A DNA stretch of 32,000 nucleotides from Coprobacillaceae bacterium (GTDB lineage: Bacteria; Bacillota_I; Bacilli_A; Erysipelotrichales; Coprobacillaceae), in assembly GCA_963675515.1 (NCBI GenBank), contig OY776328.1, forward strand, positions 180,001 through 212,000, written 5' to 3'. The notes under the pieces are model-generated. The model did no database searches. It was not told the DNA's origin and worked only from the letters and a program-made list of their open reading frames with translations. Shown here piece by piece: positions 19,480 to 26,863 of this stretch (positions are counted from its first letter, which is position 1; each line of letters begins with the position of its first letter). The translations under genes and the position numbers were made by a program.

Positions 19480-21240
19480 ATGGCATACAAAGCACTTTAT
19501 CGCACTTATCGTCCCCAAACCTTTGATGAGGTTACCGGACAGGAACATATTGTAACAACCATAAAAAATGCAATTAGTGAAGACAGAATTGCACATGCTT
19601 ATTTATTCTGTGGGCCAAGGGGGACCGGGAAAACGACCGTAGCAAAATTGCTTGCCAAAGCTGTCAATTGCACTGGTCATCCAAAACCTTGTGACATATG
19701 TGATAATTGCCGTTCCATAGCGGCGGGAGAACATCCAGATGTTGTCGAAATGGATGCGGCCAGCAATAATGGAGTTGATGAAGTTCGAAGTTTGATAGAA
19801 ACTGTTGGTTATGCTCCAATTAGCGGAAACTACAAAGTTTATATAATAGATGAGGTCCACATGATGTCTACCGGTGCTTTCAATGCATTGCTGAAGACAT
19901 TGGAGGAGCCACCAAAACACACCATTTTTATTTTAGCTACTACCGAGCCTCAAAAAGTACTACCTACAATTATTTCAAGATGTCAGCGCTTTGATTTCAC
20001 TAAAATTGACAACAATGATATTGTTAAACGGCTTGCTGATATCCTAAGCACCGAAAATTATGAATTCAACAATGATGCTCTTAGGTTAATTGCAGATCTC
20101 GCCCAAGGTGGAATGCGCGACGCTCTAAGTATTTTGGAACAGTGTATTGCTTTTTCCAATGAACTAACCGTTGAAAATATAAACCGGATTTATGGTATTT
20201 TGTCAAATACCAAGAAACTGAATTTCATAAAAAAAATATTGGCTAAGGATATCAAATCAGTCTTGCAACTTACTGACGAATTGACATCATCAAATATTGA
20301 TATAAAGCGGTTGACATTTGATCTGGTTGATGTATTTAAAGATATCGTAATCTATAAAAATATCGGCAATCCGGATTCTCTTTTTGTTTTAGATAAGGAA
20401 AGCATAGGGGACATAAATCCATATATAACAATTGATGAGTGTTTTCAATTCATTGATATATTGATGGATACAGCCTCTAAATACAATCAGACGCTTAATC
20501 CTTTGATTTACTTTGAAATAGCCATGCTTAAGCTTTGCAACAAGGTTGAGGTTTCAGATAAGATTATATTGGATTCTAATTATGATGAAGAACTTCAAAT
20601 TGATAATGCTACACACGATTACAGTGCGGAAAATGAAAATACAGATATCGGATCCAGTTCAGCTGAGGAAATTATAGAAATCGATCAGGATATAAGTGAA
20701 CTGCCCTTGGCAGACAATGTTTCACGTGAAACATTAGTTAACAAGAAGATTGTTGCGTCATCGACCACACCTGATGACAATGATATCTTGAACATTCTTG
20801 TCCAGGCAAAGAAGGTACAACGCGATGAGATCAAGGAGCGTTGGGAAGTAATTTCAAGATATCAATATAATTTGAATACAGCCAAATATGCTTCTATGCT
20901 TATAAATGGTGAAGTAGTTGCCGCATGTTGTTCTGCATTCATTATTTCTTTTGATCATCAGGTTGAGGCTAATTTGGTTAATTCTCAGGAAAACTACCAT
21001 GAATTGAAACGTTTCTTGAAGGAAGTTTTAGGTGATGAATTCGATTACATTGCTATGGACTCAGCAAAATGGCTGAGAATGAGAAATCAATTTATTGAAT
21101 TAAAAAGAAAGGGCGAGTTACCAGAACCTAAGCCTATCAAGCTTGTACATATTGGGGAAGAAACAGTTAATGAAAAATTGACAGATGGTCAGAAATTGGC
21201 TATTGACTTATTTGGAGATATTGTAGAAATAGAGGTATAA
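19480..21240 (+). CDS. dnaX: DNA polymerase III subunit tau/gamma
   Basis: MAYKALYRTYRPQTFDEV, Walker A GPRGTGKTT, zinc module CxxCxxC (CDICDNC), DEVHM and SRC (ISRCQRF). The ORF-track TTG 19465 is actually the GGAGG RBS, so ATG 19480 is used. Confidence 0.96.
   Translation: MAYKALYRTYRPQTFDEVTGQEHIVTTIKNAISEDRIAHAYLFCGPRGTGKTTVAKLLAKAVNCTGHPKPCDICDNCRSIAAGEHPDVVEMDAASNNGVDEVRSLIETVGYAPISGNYKVYIIDEVHMMSTGAFNALLKTLEEPPKHTIFILATTEPQKVLPTIISRCQRFDFTKIDNNDIVKRLADILSTENYEFNNDALRLIADLAQGGMRDALSILEQCIAFSNELTVENINRIYGILSNTKKLNFIKKILAKDIKSVLQLTDELTSSNIDIKRLTFDLVDVFKDIVIYKNIGNPDSLFVLDKESIGDINPYITIDECFQFIDILMDTASKYNQTLNPLIYFEIAMLKLCNKVEVSDKIILDSNYDEELQIDNATHDYSAENENTDIGSSSAEEIIEIDQDISELPLADNVSRETLVNKKIVASSTTPDDNDILNILVQAKKVQRDEIKERWEVISRYQYNLNTAKYASMLINGEVVAACCSAFIISFDHQVEANLVNSQENYHELKRFLKEVLGDEFDYIAMDSAKWLRMRNQFIELKRKGELPEPKPIKLVHIGEETVNEKLTDGQKLAIDLFGDIVEIEV
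20718..20733. other. parS centromere-like site (ParB/Spo0J binding), inside dnaX coding sequence
   Basis: TGTTTCACGTGAAACA is a perfect 16/16 palindrome matching the Bacillota parS consensus TGTTNCACGTGAAACA. The palindrome extends to 20 bp (20716..20735). Confidence 0.85.
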
Positions 21241-21244
21241 ATTC

Positions 21245-21838
21245 ATGAAATATCCAAGCGCGTTTGAAGAATTGATTTACTATGTGAAGAAATTACCAGG
21301 AGTCGGAACGAAGACGGCCGAACGTTATGCTTACTTTTTGATGAGTTTGGATGATGAATTGCTTCAGGAGTTCGGCAATGCAATTGGCAGTTTTAAAGAA
21401 AATATTCATTACTGCCAGGTTTGTGGTAATCTTAGCGACGGTGAGTATTGCGAGATATGCCTGGACCAAACGCGTGACAATTCTACAATTTGCATTGTGG
21501 AAACACCTAAAGACTTGATTGCGATGGAAAATATTAAAGAATATCGAGGATCTTACCATGTTCTTAATGGTACGATATCGATAATCGATGGAGTCACTTT
21601 GGATGATCTTAATATAAAATCACTTTATGGACGTCTTGACAAAGTCAAGGAGATTATAATTGCAACAAATCCAACAAGCCAGGGGGAGACGACAGCATTG
21701 TATCTGGCTAAAGTTCTGGAGCGTTATCCAAGTATTAAGGTTACTAGAATTGCACATGGGTTGCCGATTGGATCAAACCTGGACTATGCCGATGAGCTCA
21801 CGCTTTTGAAGTCCTTGGAGGGAAGAAAAGAGATGTAA
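21245..21838 (+). CDS. recR: recombination protein RecR
   Basis: Hh[15 protein letters not shown]4 zinc finger CQVCGNL...CEIC and a Toprim domain. Confidence 0.96.
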   Translation: MKYPSAFEELIYYVKKLPGVGTKTAERYAYFLMSLDDELLQEFGNAIGSFKENIHYCQVCGNLSDGEYCEICLDQTRDNSTICIVETPKDLIAMENIKEYRGSYHVLNGTISIIDGVTLDDLNIKSLYGRLDKVKEIIIATNPTSQGETTALYLAKVLERYPSIKVTRIAHGLPIGSNLDYADELTLLKSLEGRKEM

Positions 21839-21849
21839 ATCTCTTTTTT

Positions 21850-21865
21850 TGTTTCACGTGAAACA
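21850..21865. other. parS centromere-like site, intergenic recR-tmk
   Basis: Second perfect TGTTTCACGTGAAACA. It shares the 18-mer TGTTTCACGTGAAACATT with the site at 20718. Confidence 0.85.
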
Positions 21866-21907
21866 TTTAAAGCGCAAAATTTGCTTTAATTTATGTCGGT
21901 TATTAGG

Positions 21908-21913
21908 TATAAT
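21908..21913 (+). promoter_or_regulatory. candidate -10 box for tmk-holB-ricT operon
   Basis: TATAAT lies 22 nt upstream of ATG 21936. -35 not obvious. Confidence 0.3.
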
Positions 21914-21935
21914 ATCAGTTATGGGGGTTGATTAT

Positions 21936-22553
21936 ATGGGTATTTTTATAACATTGGAAGGACCTGAAGGTAGCGGTAAAACAACAGTTTCCAAACTTCT
22001 AGTCAAGAAATTGATTGATGAGGGTCACCAGGCAATACTCACCAGGGAACCTGGAGGAATTGCAATTGCAGAACAAATAAGAAATGTGATATTGAATAAA
22101 GAGAACACAAACATGGATGCTAGAACGGAGGCCCTTTTATTGGCAGCAGCTAGACGGCAACATCTTGTGGAAAAAATCATACCTGAACTGGAAGATGGCA
22201 AAATCGTGATTTGTGATCGGTTCATAGACAGTTCGTTGGCTTATCAAGGCTATGCCCGTGGGATAGGAATCAAGAATGTGTACGACCTTAATATGTTCGC
22301 AATTGACGGATTCTTGCCTGATAGGACTTTATTCTTTGACGTTGACTATATTACAGGATTAAAAAGAATCAAAGATAATAACCGTGAAGTCAACCGCCTC
22401 GATTTGGAAGGAAATGAATTTCACAAAAGAGTATATGAAGGCTATCAAGAAGTTATTGAATTATTTCCTGAACGGTTTAAGAAAATAGATGCAAGCAGAT
22501 CGATTGAAGAGGTTGTCGATTTAGCATATAAGTCAGTAGTTGAGTTGCTATGA
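21936..22553 (+). CDS. tmk: thymidylate kinase
   Basis: [18 protein letters not shown]-loop, [12 protein letters not shown] and a LID region. Start 21936 is chosen because of the GGGGG RBS. The ORF-track start at 21849 would read through the parS site and the promoter. Confidence 0.93.
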   Translation: MGIFITLEGPEGSGKTTVSKLLVKKLIDEGHQAILTREPGGIAIAEQIRNVILNKENTNMDARTEALLLAAARRQHLVEKIIPELEDGKIVICDRFIDSSLAYQGYARGIGIKNVYDLNMFAIDGFLPDRTLFFDVDYITGLKRIKDNNREVNRLDLEGNEFHKRVYEGYQEVIELFPERFKKIDASRSIEEVVDLAYKSVVELL

Positions 22554-23494
22554 AAGAAACCTTAAAAAAAGAGCAACCTATCGTATATCAGATATTGGAT
22601 AATGAGTTCCATAACGATAAAAGGCCCCACGCTTTCCTGATTGTTGGAAAAAACCATAAGGATCTGCTTTGTTTTTTGACACAGTCAATTTTATGTAAAG
22701 AATCAGTTGCCTGCGAAATGTGCAATGTCTGCTTAAGGGTAAAAAGAAATATTTACCCTGACGTGATAAGAATCAGTGGCAAAGATTCTTCCATCAAGAA
22801 GAAGGATATTGAAAATATTCAAATTCAGATGGCAAAATCTTCGATTGAAGGAAGAGGTAAAATATATATAATTGAGGAAATCGAAAACTCATCTAAGGAG
22901 GCAATTAACAGCATCCTTAAGATGTTGGAAGAACCTCTGGAAAATGTTTATGCCATTTTCACTACCTCGAACCTCGATCGGGTATTGCCGACTGTTATTT
23001 CCAGATGCCAAGTATTAAAATTGAATCCAAATAACAGATTCGCGATTGAACGATTATATTTGGAAAACAACTTCAGCAAAGAGGATGCTTATATTCTGGC
23101 GCGGATTTTTAATGATTTTGTTATCGTTGATAATTATTCGATTTTGAAGGAAGAATGCAATAATTTCATCAATGACCTATTTTTCAAGAAAGACAATCTG
23201 GTAATCAATACTCAGATAAATGTCATAAACAAGTATAACAAAAAGGAAGATATTAAACTATTTTTGAATATTTTGATTATATTTTTGAGAGATTTGTATC
23301 AATTTTCATTTACATCAAAAAGCGATATTGGCTTCATAATTGATATGAATGGAAAATTTGACGCTAGGAACAATTCAATAATATTGAAACAGATTGAAAT
23401 GTTGCTTGATGTTCAATATCAGCTGGAATCTAACGTCAACATAAACTTATTGATGGACAAGATGATGTACCAGTTGTTGCAAGTTAATGATTAA
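22550..23494 (+). CDS. holB: DNA polymerase III delta' subunit
   Basis: HAFLIVGKN degenerate P-loop, Cys cluster CEMCNVC, IIEEIE and SRC (ISRCQVL). Follows tmk with a 4-nt overlap. Confidence 0.88.
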   Translation: MKETLKKEQPIVYQILDNEFHNDKRPHAFLIVGKNHKDLLCFLTQSILCKESVACEMCNVCLRVKRNIYPDVIRISGKDSSIKKKDIENIQIQMAKSSIEGRGKIYIIEEIENSSKEAINSILKMLEEPLENVYAIFTTSNLDRVLPTVISRCQVLKLNPNNRFAIERLYLENNFSKEDAYILARIFNDFVIVDNYSILKEECNNFINDLFFKKDNLVINTQINVINKYNKKEDIKLFLNILIIFLRDLYQFSFTSKSDIGFIIDMNGKFDARNNSIILKQIEMLLDVQYQLESNVNINLLMDKMMYQLLQVND

Positions 23495-23509
23495 GAAAGG
23501 AGGAATTAT

Positions 23510-24478
23510 ATGACTAGTGAATTGAAATTGGCAAGTGTAAGGTTCAAAGATACAGGAAAGATGTATTTTTTTTCAACGGATTTAGATCTTAAGGCTGGAG
23601 ACAACGTAATTGTTGAAACCGCCAGGGGAATTGAATTTGGTGAATTGATTGATGAACTTAAAAAAATAGAGGATTTTAATCTAAATACTGAATTGAAAAA
23701 GGTTGTCAGGAAAGCTTCAAAGGAAGATATAGACCAGTATAATCAAAATCAGATAGAGGCCAAGGAGGCTTTGAAAATTTGCAGCGAAATAATTGAACGC
23801 CGCAAGTTGAATATGCATTTAACAAATTGTGAATTCACATTGGATAGATCTAAGGTAATATTCATGTACACGGCAGACAATCGTGTGGATTTTAGAGATT
23901 TATTGAAAGAGCTGGCCGTTGTGTTCAGGTGCCGGATAGAGCTAAGGCAGATTGGTCCCCGGGATAAGGCAAAAATTGTCGGGGGAATAGGTGTTTGTGG
24001 TTTGCCACTTTGTTGCACACGAATAATGAGTGAATTCAATGGTGTATCTATCAATATGGCTAAAAACCAGATGTTGGCTATAAATATCGAAAAAATATCG
24101 GGAAATTGCGGACGACTGCTTTGTTGTTTGAAATACGAGGATGATCTCTATACGGAAGCGAAAAAGAAATATCCAAGAATAGGATCGACTGTCAAATTCG
24201 AAAAAAGTATTGCAAAGGTGATCGGTTATAACATCATAAGTGACCTTATCAAACTGGATGTGGCTGGAAATATAATATTCGTACATGCAGATGAAATTGA
24301 GCCCGCTAAAAAACCGGAAAAGGAAAAGGAGATAGTTGTAGCCGCTAATGCATCTAAAGACGAAGATACAAGCAAAAAATCCCGGAAAGGCCGTTACAAA
24401 GAAAATCAAAGAAACAGTGACAACAGACAAAACAGAAAAAACAGAACAAGATCTGTGAATAAAAAGAAGCAAGGATGA
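23510..24478 (+). CDS. ricT: PSP1-domain protein RicT/YaaT with extended basic C-terminal tail
   Basis: Conserved GICGLPLCC / CGRLLCCLKYE cysteine motifs (here VCGLPLCCTR and CGRLLCCLKYE). Occupies the position after holB. Confidence 0.88.
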   Translation: MTSELKLASVRFKDTGKMYFFSTDLDLKAGDNVIVETARGIEFGELIDELKKIEDFNLNTELKKVVRKASKEDIDQYNQNQIEAKEALKICSEIIERRKLNMHLTNCEFTLDRSKVIFMYTADNRVDFRDLLKELAVVFRCRIELRQIGPRDKAKIVGGIGVCGLPLCCTRIMSEFNGVSINMAKNQMLAINIEKISGNCGRLLCCLKYEDDLYTEAKKKYPRIGSTVKFEKSIAKVIGYNIISDLIKLDVAGNIIFVHADEIEPAKKPEKEKEIVVAANASKDEDTSKKSRKGRYKENQRNSDNRQNRKNRTRSVNKKKQG

Positions 24479-24486
24479 TTGATTGA

Positions 24487-25227
24487 ATGAGCAAAAAAGA
24501 AGTAACGAACTATTTGTTGGCGCATAAAAATTTGAAAATAATTCAAAGGAAGGACATGTTCAATTTTTCGCTGGACACTGTGTTATTGGCTAACTTTGTG
24601 ACGCTTAATAAAGATGTAAAGGAAGTTGTCGATTTCGGTACCAACAATGCGGCCATCCCTCTTTTGCTCACTAAGAGATGCGATAAACCGATTACCGGTG
24701 TTGAAATCCAAGAAGAAGCGGCTGATATAGCTTTAAGAAATGTCCTGATGAACAATCTTGAGAGCAAAATAAAAATTGTTCATCAGGATATCAAAGATTT
24801 TGTGAAAGATTATCATAAAGTTCAAGTTGTAGTTTGTAATCCTCCATTTTTTAAGGTAGGGGAAAAAAGCAATTTGAATGATAATGAATATCTTACCATT
24901 GCCAGGCATGAAGTTAAAATCGACCTAGAAGGAATTATCAGCTCGGCGGCTAAGATTCTGGACAATAAAGGGCGTTTCGCCATAGTCCATCGACCAGAAA
25001 GAATGATAGATATTATCAACTATATGCAAAAGTATGGTATTGAACCAAAACGTGTCAGATTCATTTATCCGAAATTCAATAGGCCAAGCCACGTCCTACT
25101 GATGGAGGGCATATATAAAGGGAAGCCGGGATTAAAAATAGAGGCGCCATTGTACGCCCATAATGAAGATGGCAGTTACAGCGATGAAGTAAGAATGATG
25201 TTTGGGGAGGATATCGGTGATGAATAG
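24487..25227 (+). CDS. SAM-dependent methyltransferase, tRNA (adenine-N6) TrmN6/YabB-like
   Basis: SAM motif I VVDFGTNNA and catalytic VVCNPPFF (NPPF/Y). Occupies the B. subtilis yabB syntenic slot before rsmI. Confidence 0.75.
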   Translation: MSKKEVTNYLLAHKNLKIIQRKDMFNFSLDTVLLANFVTLNKDVKEVVDFGTNNAAIPLLLTKRCDKPITGVEIQEEAADIALRNVLMNNLESKIKIVHQDIKDFVKDYHKVQVVVCNPPFFKVGEKSNLNDNEYLTIARHEVKIDLEGIISSAAKILDNKGRFAIVHRPERMIDIINYMQKYGIEPKRVRFIYPKFNRPSHVLLMEGIYKGKPGLKIEAPLYAHNEDGSYSDEVRMMFGEDIGDE

Positions 25228-26077
25228 ACAAAAAAGCTTTGGAAATACAAATCCAACTTTATACCTTGTTGCCACTCCTATTGGTAATCTAAGCGAGGTC
25301 TCATATAGGGTGATAACCACACTTAAGGAAGTTGATTATATAGCTGCTGAAGATACACGAGTGACTATAAAACTCTTGAATCATTATGAAATTAATACCA
25401 AACTCATTTCCCATCATGAGCATAATCTAAACACCGCAATAGCCAAGATTATTGGTCTTTTGGAAGAAGGAAAAAATATCGCTTTGGTATCCGATGCCGG
25501 CTATCCAGCAATTTCCGATCCGGGCTATGAGTTAGTATTGGCGGCCATTGAAAAAAATATCAATGTCGTAGTAGTCAGCGGACCTAATGCGGCTTTAGGC
25601 GCTCTTGTCGTTTCTGGAATTGCTCCACAACCTTTCATGTTTTACGGCTTTTTGGACCACAAGGACAAAATAAAGAGAAAACAGTTGGAAAAATTGAAAA
25701 AATATGAAGAAACCATAGTCTTATATGAAAGTCCTCATCGGATTAGAAAGACATTGGAATTGATGCTTTCAATTATGGGCGACCGCCAGATAGCATTGGC
25801 CCGGGAATTGACCAAGAAACACGAGGAGATAATCAGGGGTCTAATAAGTGAGGTACTAAGTGTTGTCGATGAATTGAAGGGTGAAATGGTTATAGTTGTT
25901 TCCGGAAATGAAGAATCTGATGACAAAGAATTCAATAATTCGGTAGTTGAACATGTTAATGAGTTGATTGATTTGGGTCTTAGTTCTAAGGAAGCGATCA
26001 AAGAAGTGGCAAGAATTAGAAAACTCAAAAAATCAGATGTGTACAATGAATACCACACTATAAAAGAAGGTCTATAG
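25220..26077 (+). CDS. rsmI: 16S rRNA (cytidine1402-2'-O)-methyltransferase RsmI
   Basis: LYLVATPIGNLSE, AAEDTR and SDAGYPAISDPG tetrapyrrole-methylase-fold motifs. ATG 25220 is preferred because GGGGAGG lies 9 nt upstream. It overlaps the preceding gene end. Confidence 0.92.
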   Translation: MNRQKSFGNTNPTLYLVATPIGNLSEVSYRVITTLKEVDYIAAEDTRVTIKLLNHYEINTKLISHHEHNLNTAIAKIIGLLEEGKNIALVSDAGYPAISDPGYELVLAAIEKNINVVVVSGPNAALGALVVSGIAPQPFMFYGFLDHKDKIKRKQLEKLKKYEETIVLYESPHRIRKTLELMLSIMGDRQIALARELTKKHEEIIRGLISEVLSVVDELKGEMVIVVSGNEESDDKEFNNSVVEHVNELIDLGLSSKEAIKEVARIRKLKKSDVYNEYHTIKEGL

Positions 26078-26090
26078 ATCTTCTTTTGTT
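26062..26090 (+). terminator. intrinsic terminator overlapping rsmI stop
   Basis: AAAAGAAGGTC-tata-GATCTTCTTTT (one G-U pair) followed by GTT. A/U-rich, so moderate strength. Confidence 0.55.
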
Positions 26091-26159
26091 ATAGTCTGTT
26101 CCTATAACTGGTGATTTATAAAAGGTATACGCTGGCAACAATATCGCAGCAGTAAAAAG

Positions 26160-26188
26160 TTGCATGAAATATATGAGTAATATATAAT
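26160..26188 (+). promoter_or_regulatory. strong candidate sigmaA promoter of the methionine-synthase operon
   Basis: TTGCAT (26160..26165), a 17-nt spacer, then TATAAT (26183..26188). This leaves only about a 20-nt leader before ATG 26216. Confidence 0.6.
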
Positions 26189-26215
26189 GTTTTAAAGATA
26201 GAAAGCGGTGATTAT

Positions 26216-26863
26216 ATGGATATTAATTATGATCTTGCACAAGTGAAAAGATATTTGGGGATGGACGATAATCCTAGTGATATAGATGAAGATATCAAGA
26301 GCCTGTATCAAAGATTAAAGCCATTATTGGAACCAAAGTATTATTACCGGGTATTCAGCTTCAGCTTGAATCCATTAGTAATAGAAAAACGGATTTTTGA
26401 AAGCAAGGATATGAATAAGCTGTTGGCTACAAGTGACAAAGTTATTATTCTGGCTGTGACATTGGGTGGCAAAATTGAGCAGGAAATAAGGAAGTTCAAT
26501 GTCGCAAATAAATTCAATTCAATTGTTTCCGACGCACTTCTATCGTCAATGGTCGAGGATTACCAGGACAAGATAATCGATCAATTGAGAGGTGAATATC
26601 CCGGCAAATATTTTACTGATGCTTTTGCGCCAGGCTATGGTGATTTGGATATCAATTTTCAAAGAGATATCTTCGATTTGTTGCAATTGGAAAAAAGAAT
26701 AGGAGTCAATTTGACACCGACTATGTTGATGGTTCCTAGAAAATCAATAACTTGTTTTATCGGAATATCCGATGTCGCTCAAAATAAAGTAACCGGTTGC
26801 GACACGTGCAATATGAAGGAAACATGTCAACTAAGAAAGGCAGGAAAGAGTTGTGCTAGATAG
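26216..26863 (+). CDS. stand-alone methionine synthase reactivation (AdoMet-binding, Met_synt_B12-like) domain protein
   Basis: 215 aa. APGYGDLDINFQRDIF...RIGVNLTPTMLMVPRKSITCFIGI matches the recalled PGYG(D/E)W...LT...M.P.KS pattern of the MetH C-terminal activation domain. It lies directly upstream of a MetH that lacks that domain. Confidence 0.7.
   Translation: MDINYDLAQVKRYLGMDDNPSDIDEDIKSLYQRLKPLLEPKYYYRVFSFSLNPLVIEKRIFESKDMNKLLATSDKVIILAVTLGGKIEQEIRKFNVANKFNSIVSDALLSSMVEDYQDKIIDQLRGEYPGKYFTDAFAPGYGDLDINFQRDIFDLLQLEKRIGVNLTPTMLMVPRKSITCFIGISDVAQNKVTGCDTCNMKETCQLRKAGKSCAR

Noticed and set aside
20229-20236. A8 run in dnaX as a possible gamma-subunit frameshift or transcriptional slippage site
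   Set aside because: It lies at about codon 250, inside the clamp-loader domain II/III. Truncation there would remove essential parts of gamma. There is no downstream stem-loop and no A-AAA-AAG heptamer in the correct frame.
21849-21935. N-terminal extension [10 protein letters not shown]... of the tmk ORF
   Set aside because: The MFHVKH codons are simply the parS palindrome read as protein. A TATAAT box and a GGGGG RBS lie inside the extension, and the canonical Tmk N-terminus ([17 protein letters not shown]) starts at 21936.
25794-25810. CATTGGCCCGGGAATTG as a second Noc-site-like sequence
   Set aside because: Only the right half resembles the NBS. The left half is not symmetric, so it is most likely a coincidental CCCGGG within rsmI coding sequence.
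26131-26163. Possible H-type pseudoknot (GCTG/CAGC interleaved with GCAAC/GTTGC) upstream of the met operon, considered as a SAM-II/V-like riboswitch
   Set aside because: The stems are only 4-5 bp. None of the conserved SAM-II/V nucleotides that I recall are present. The element lies upstream of, and overlaps, the -35 of the best promoter, so it would probably not be transcribed as a leader.
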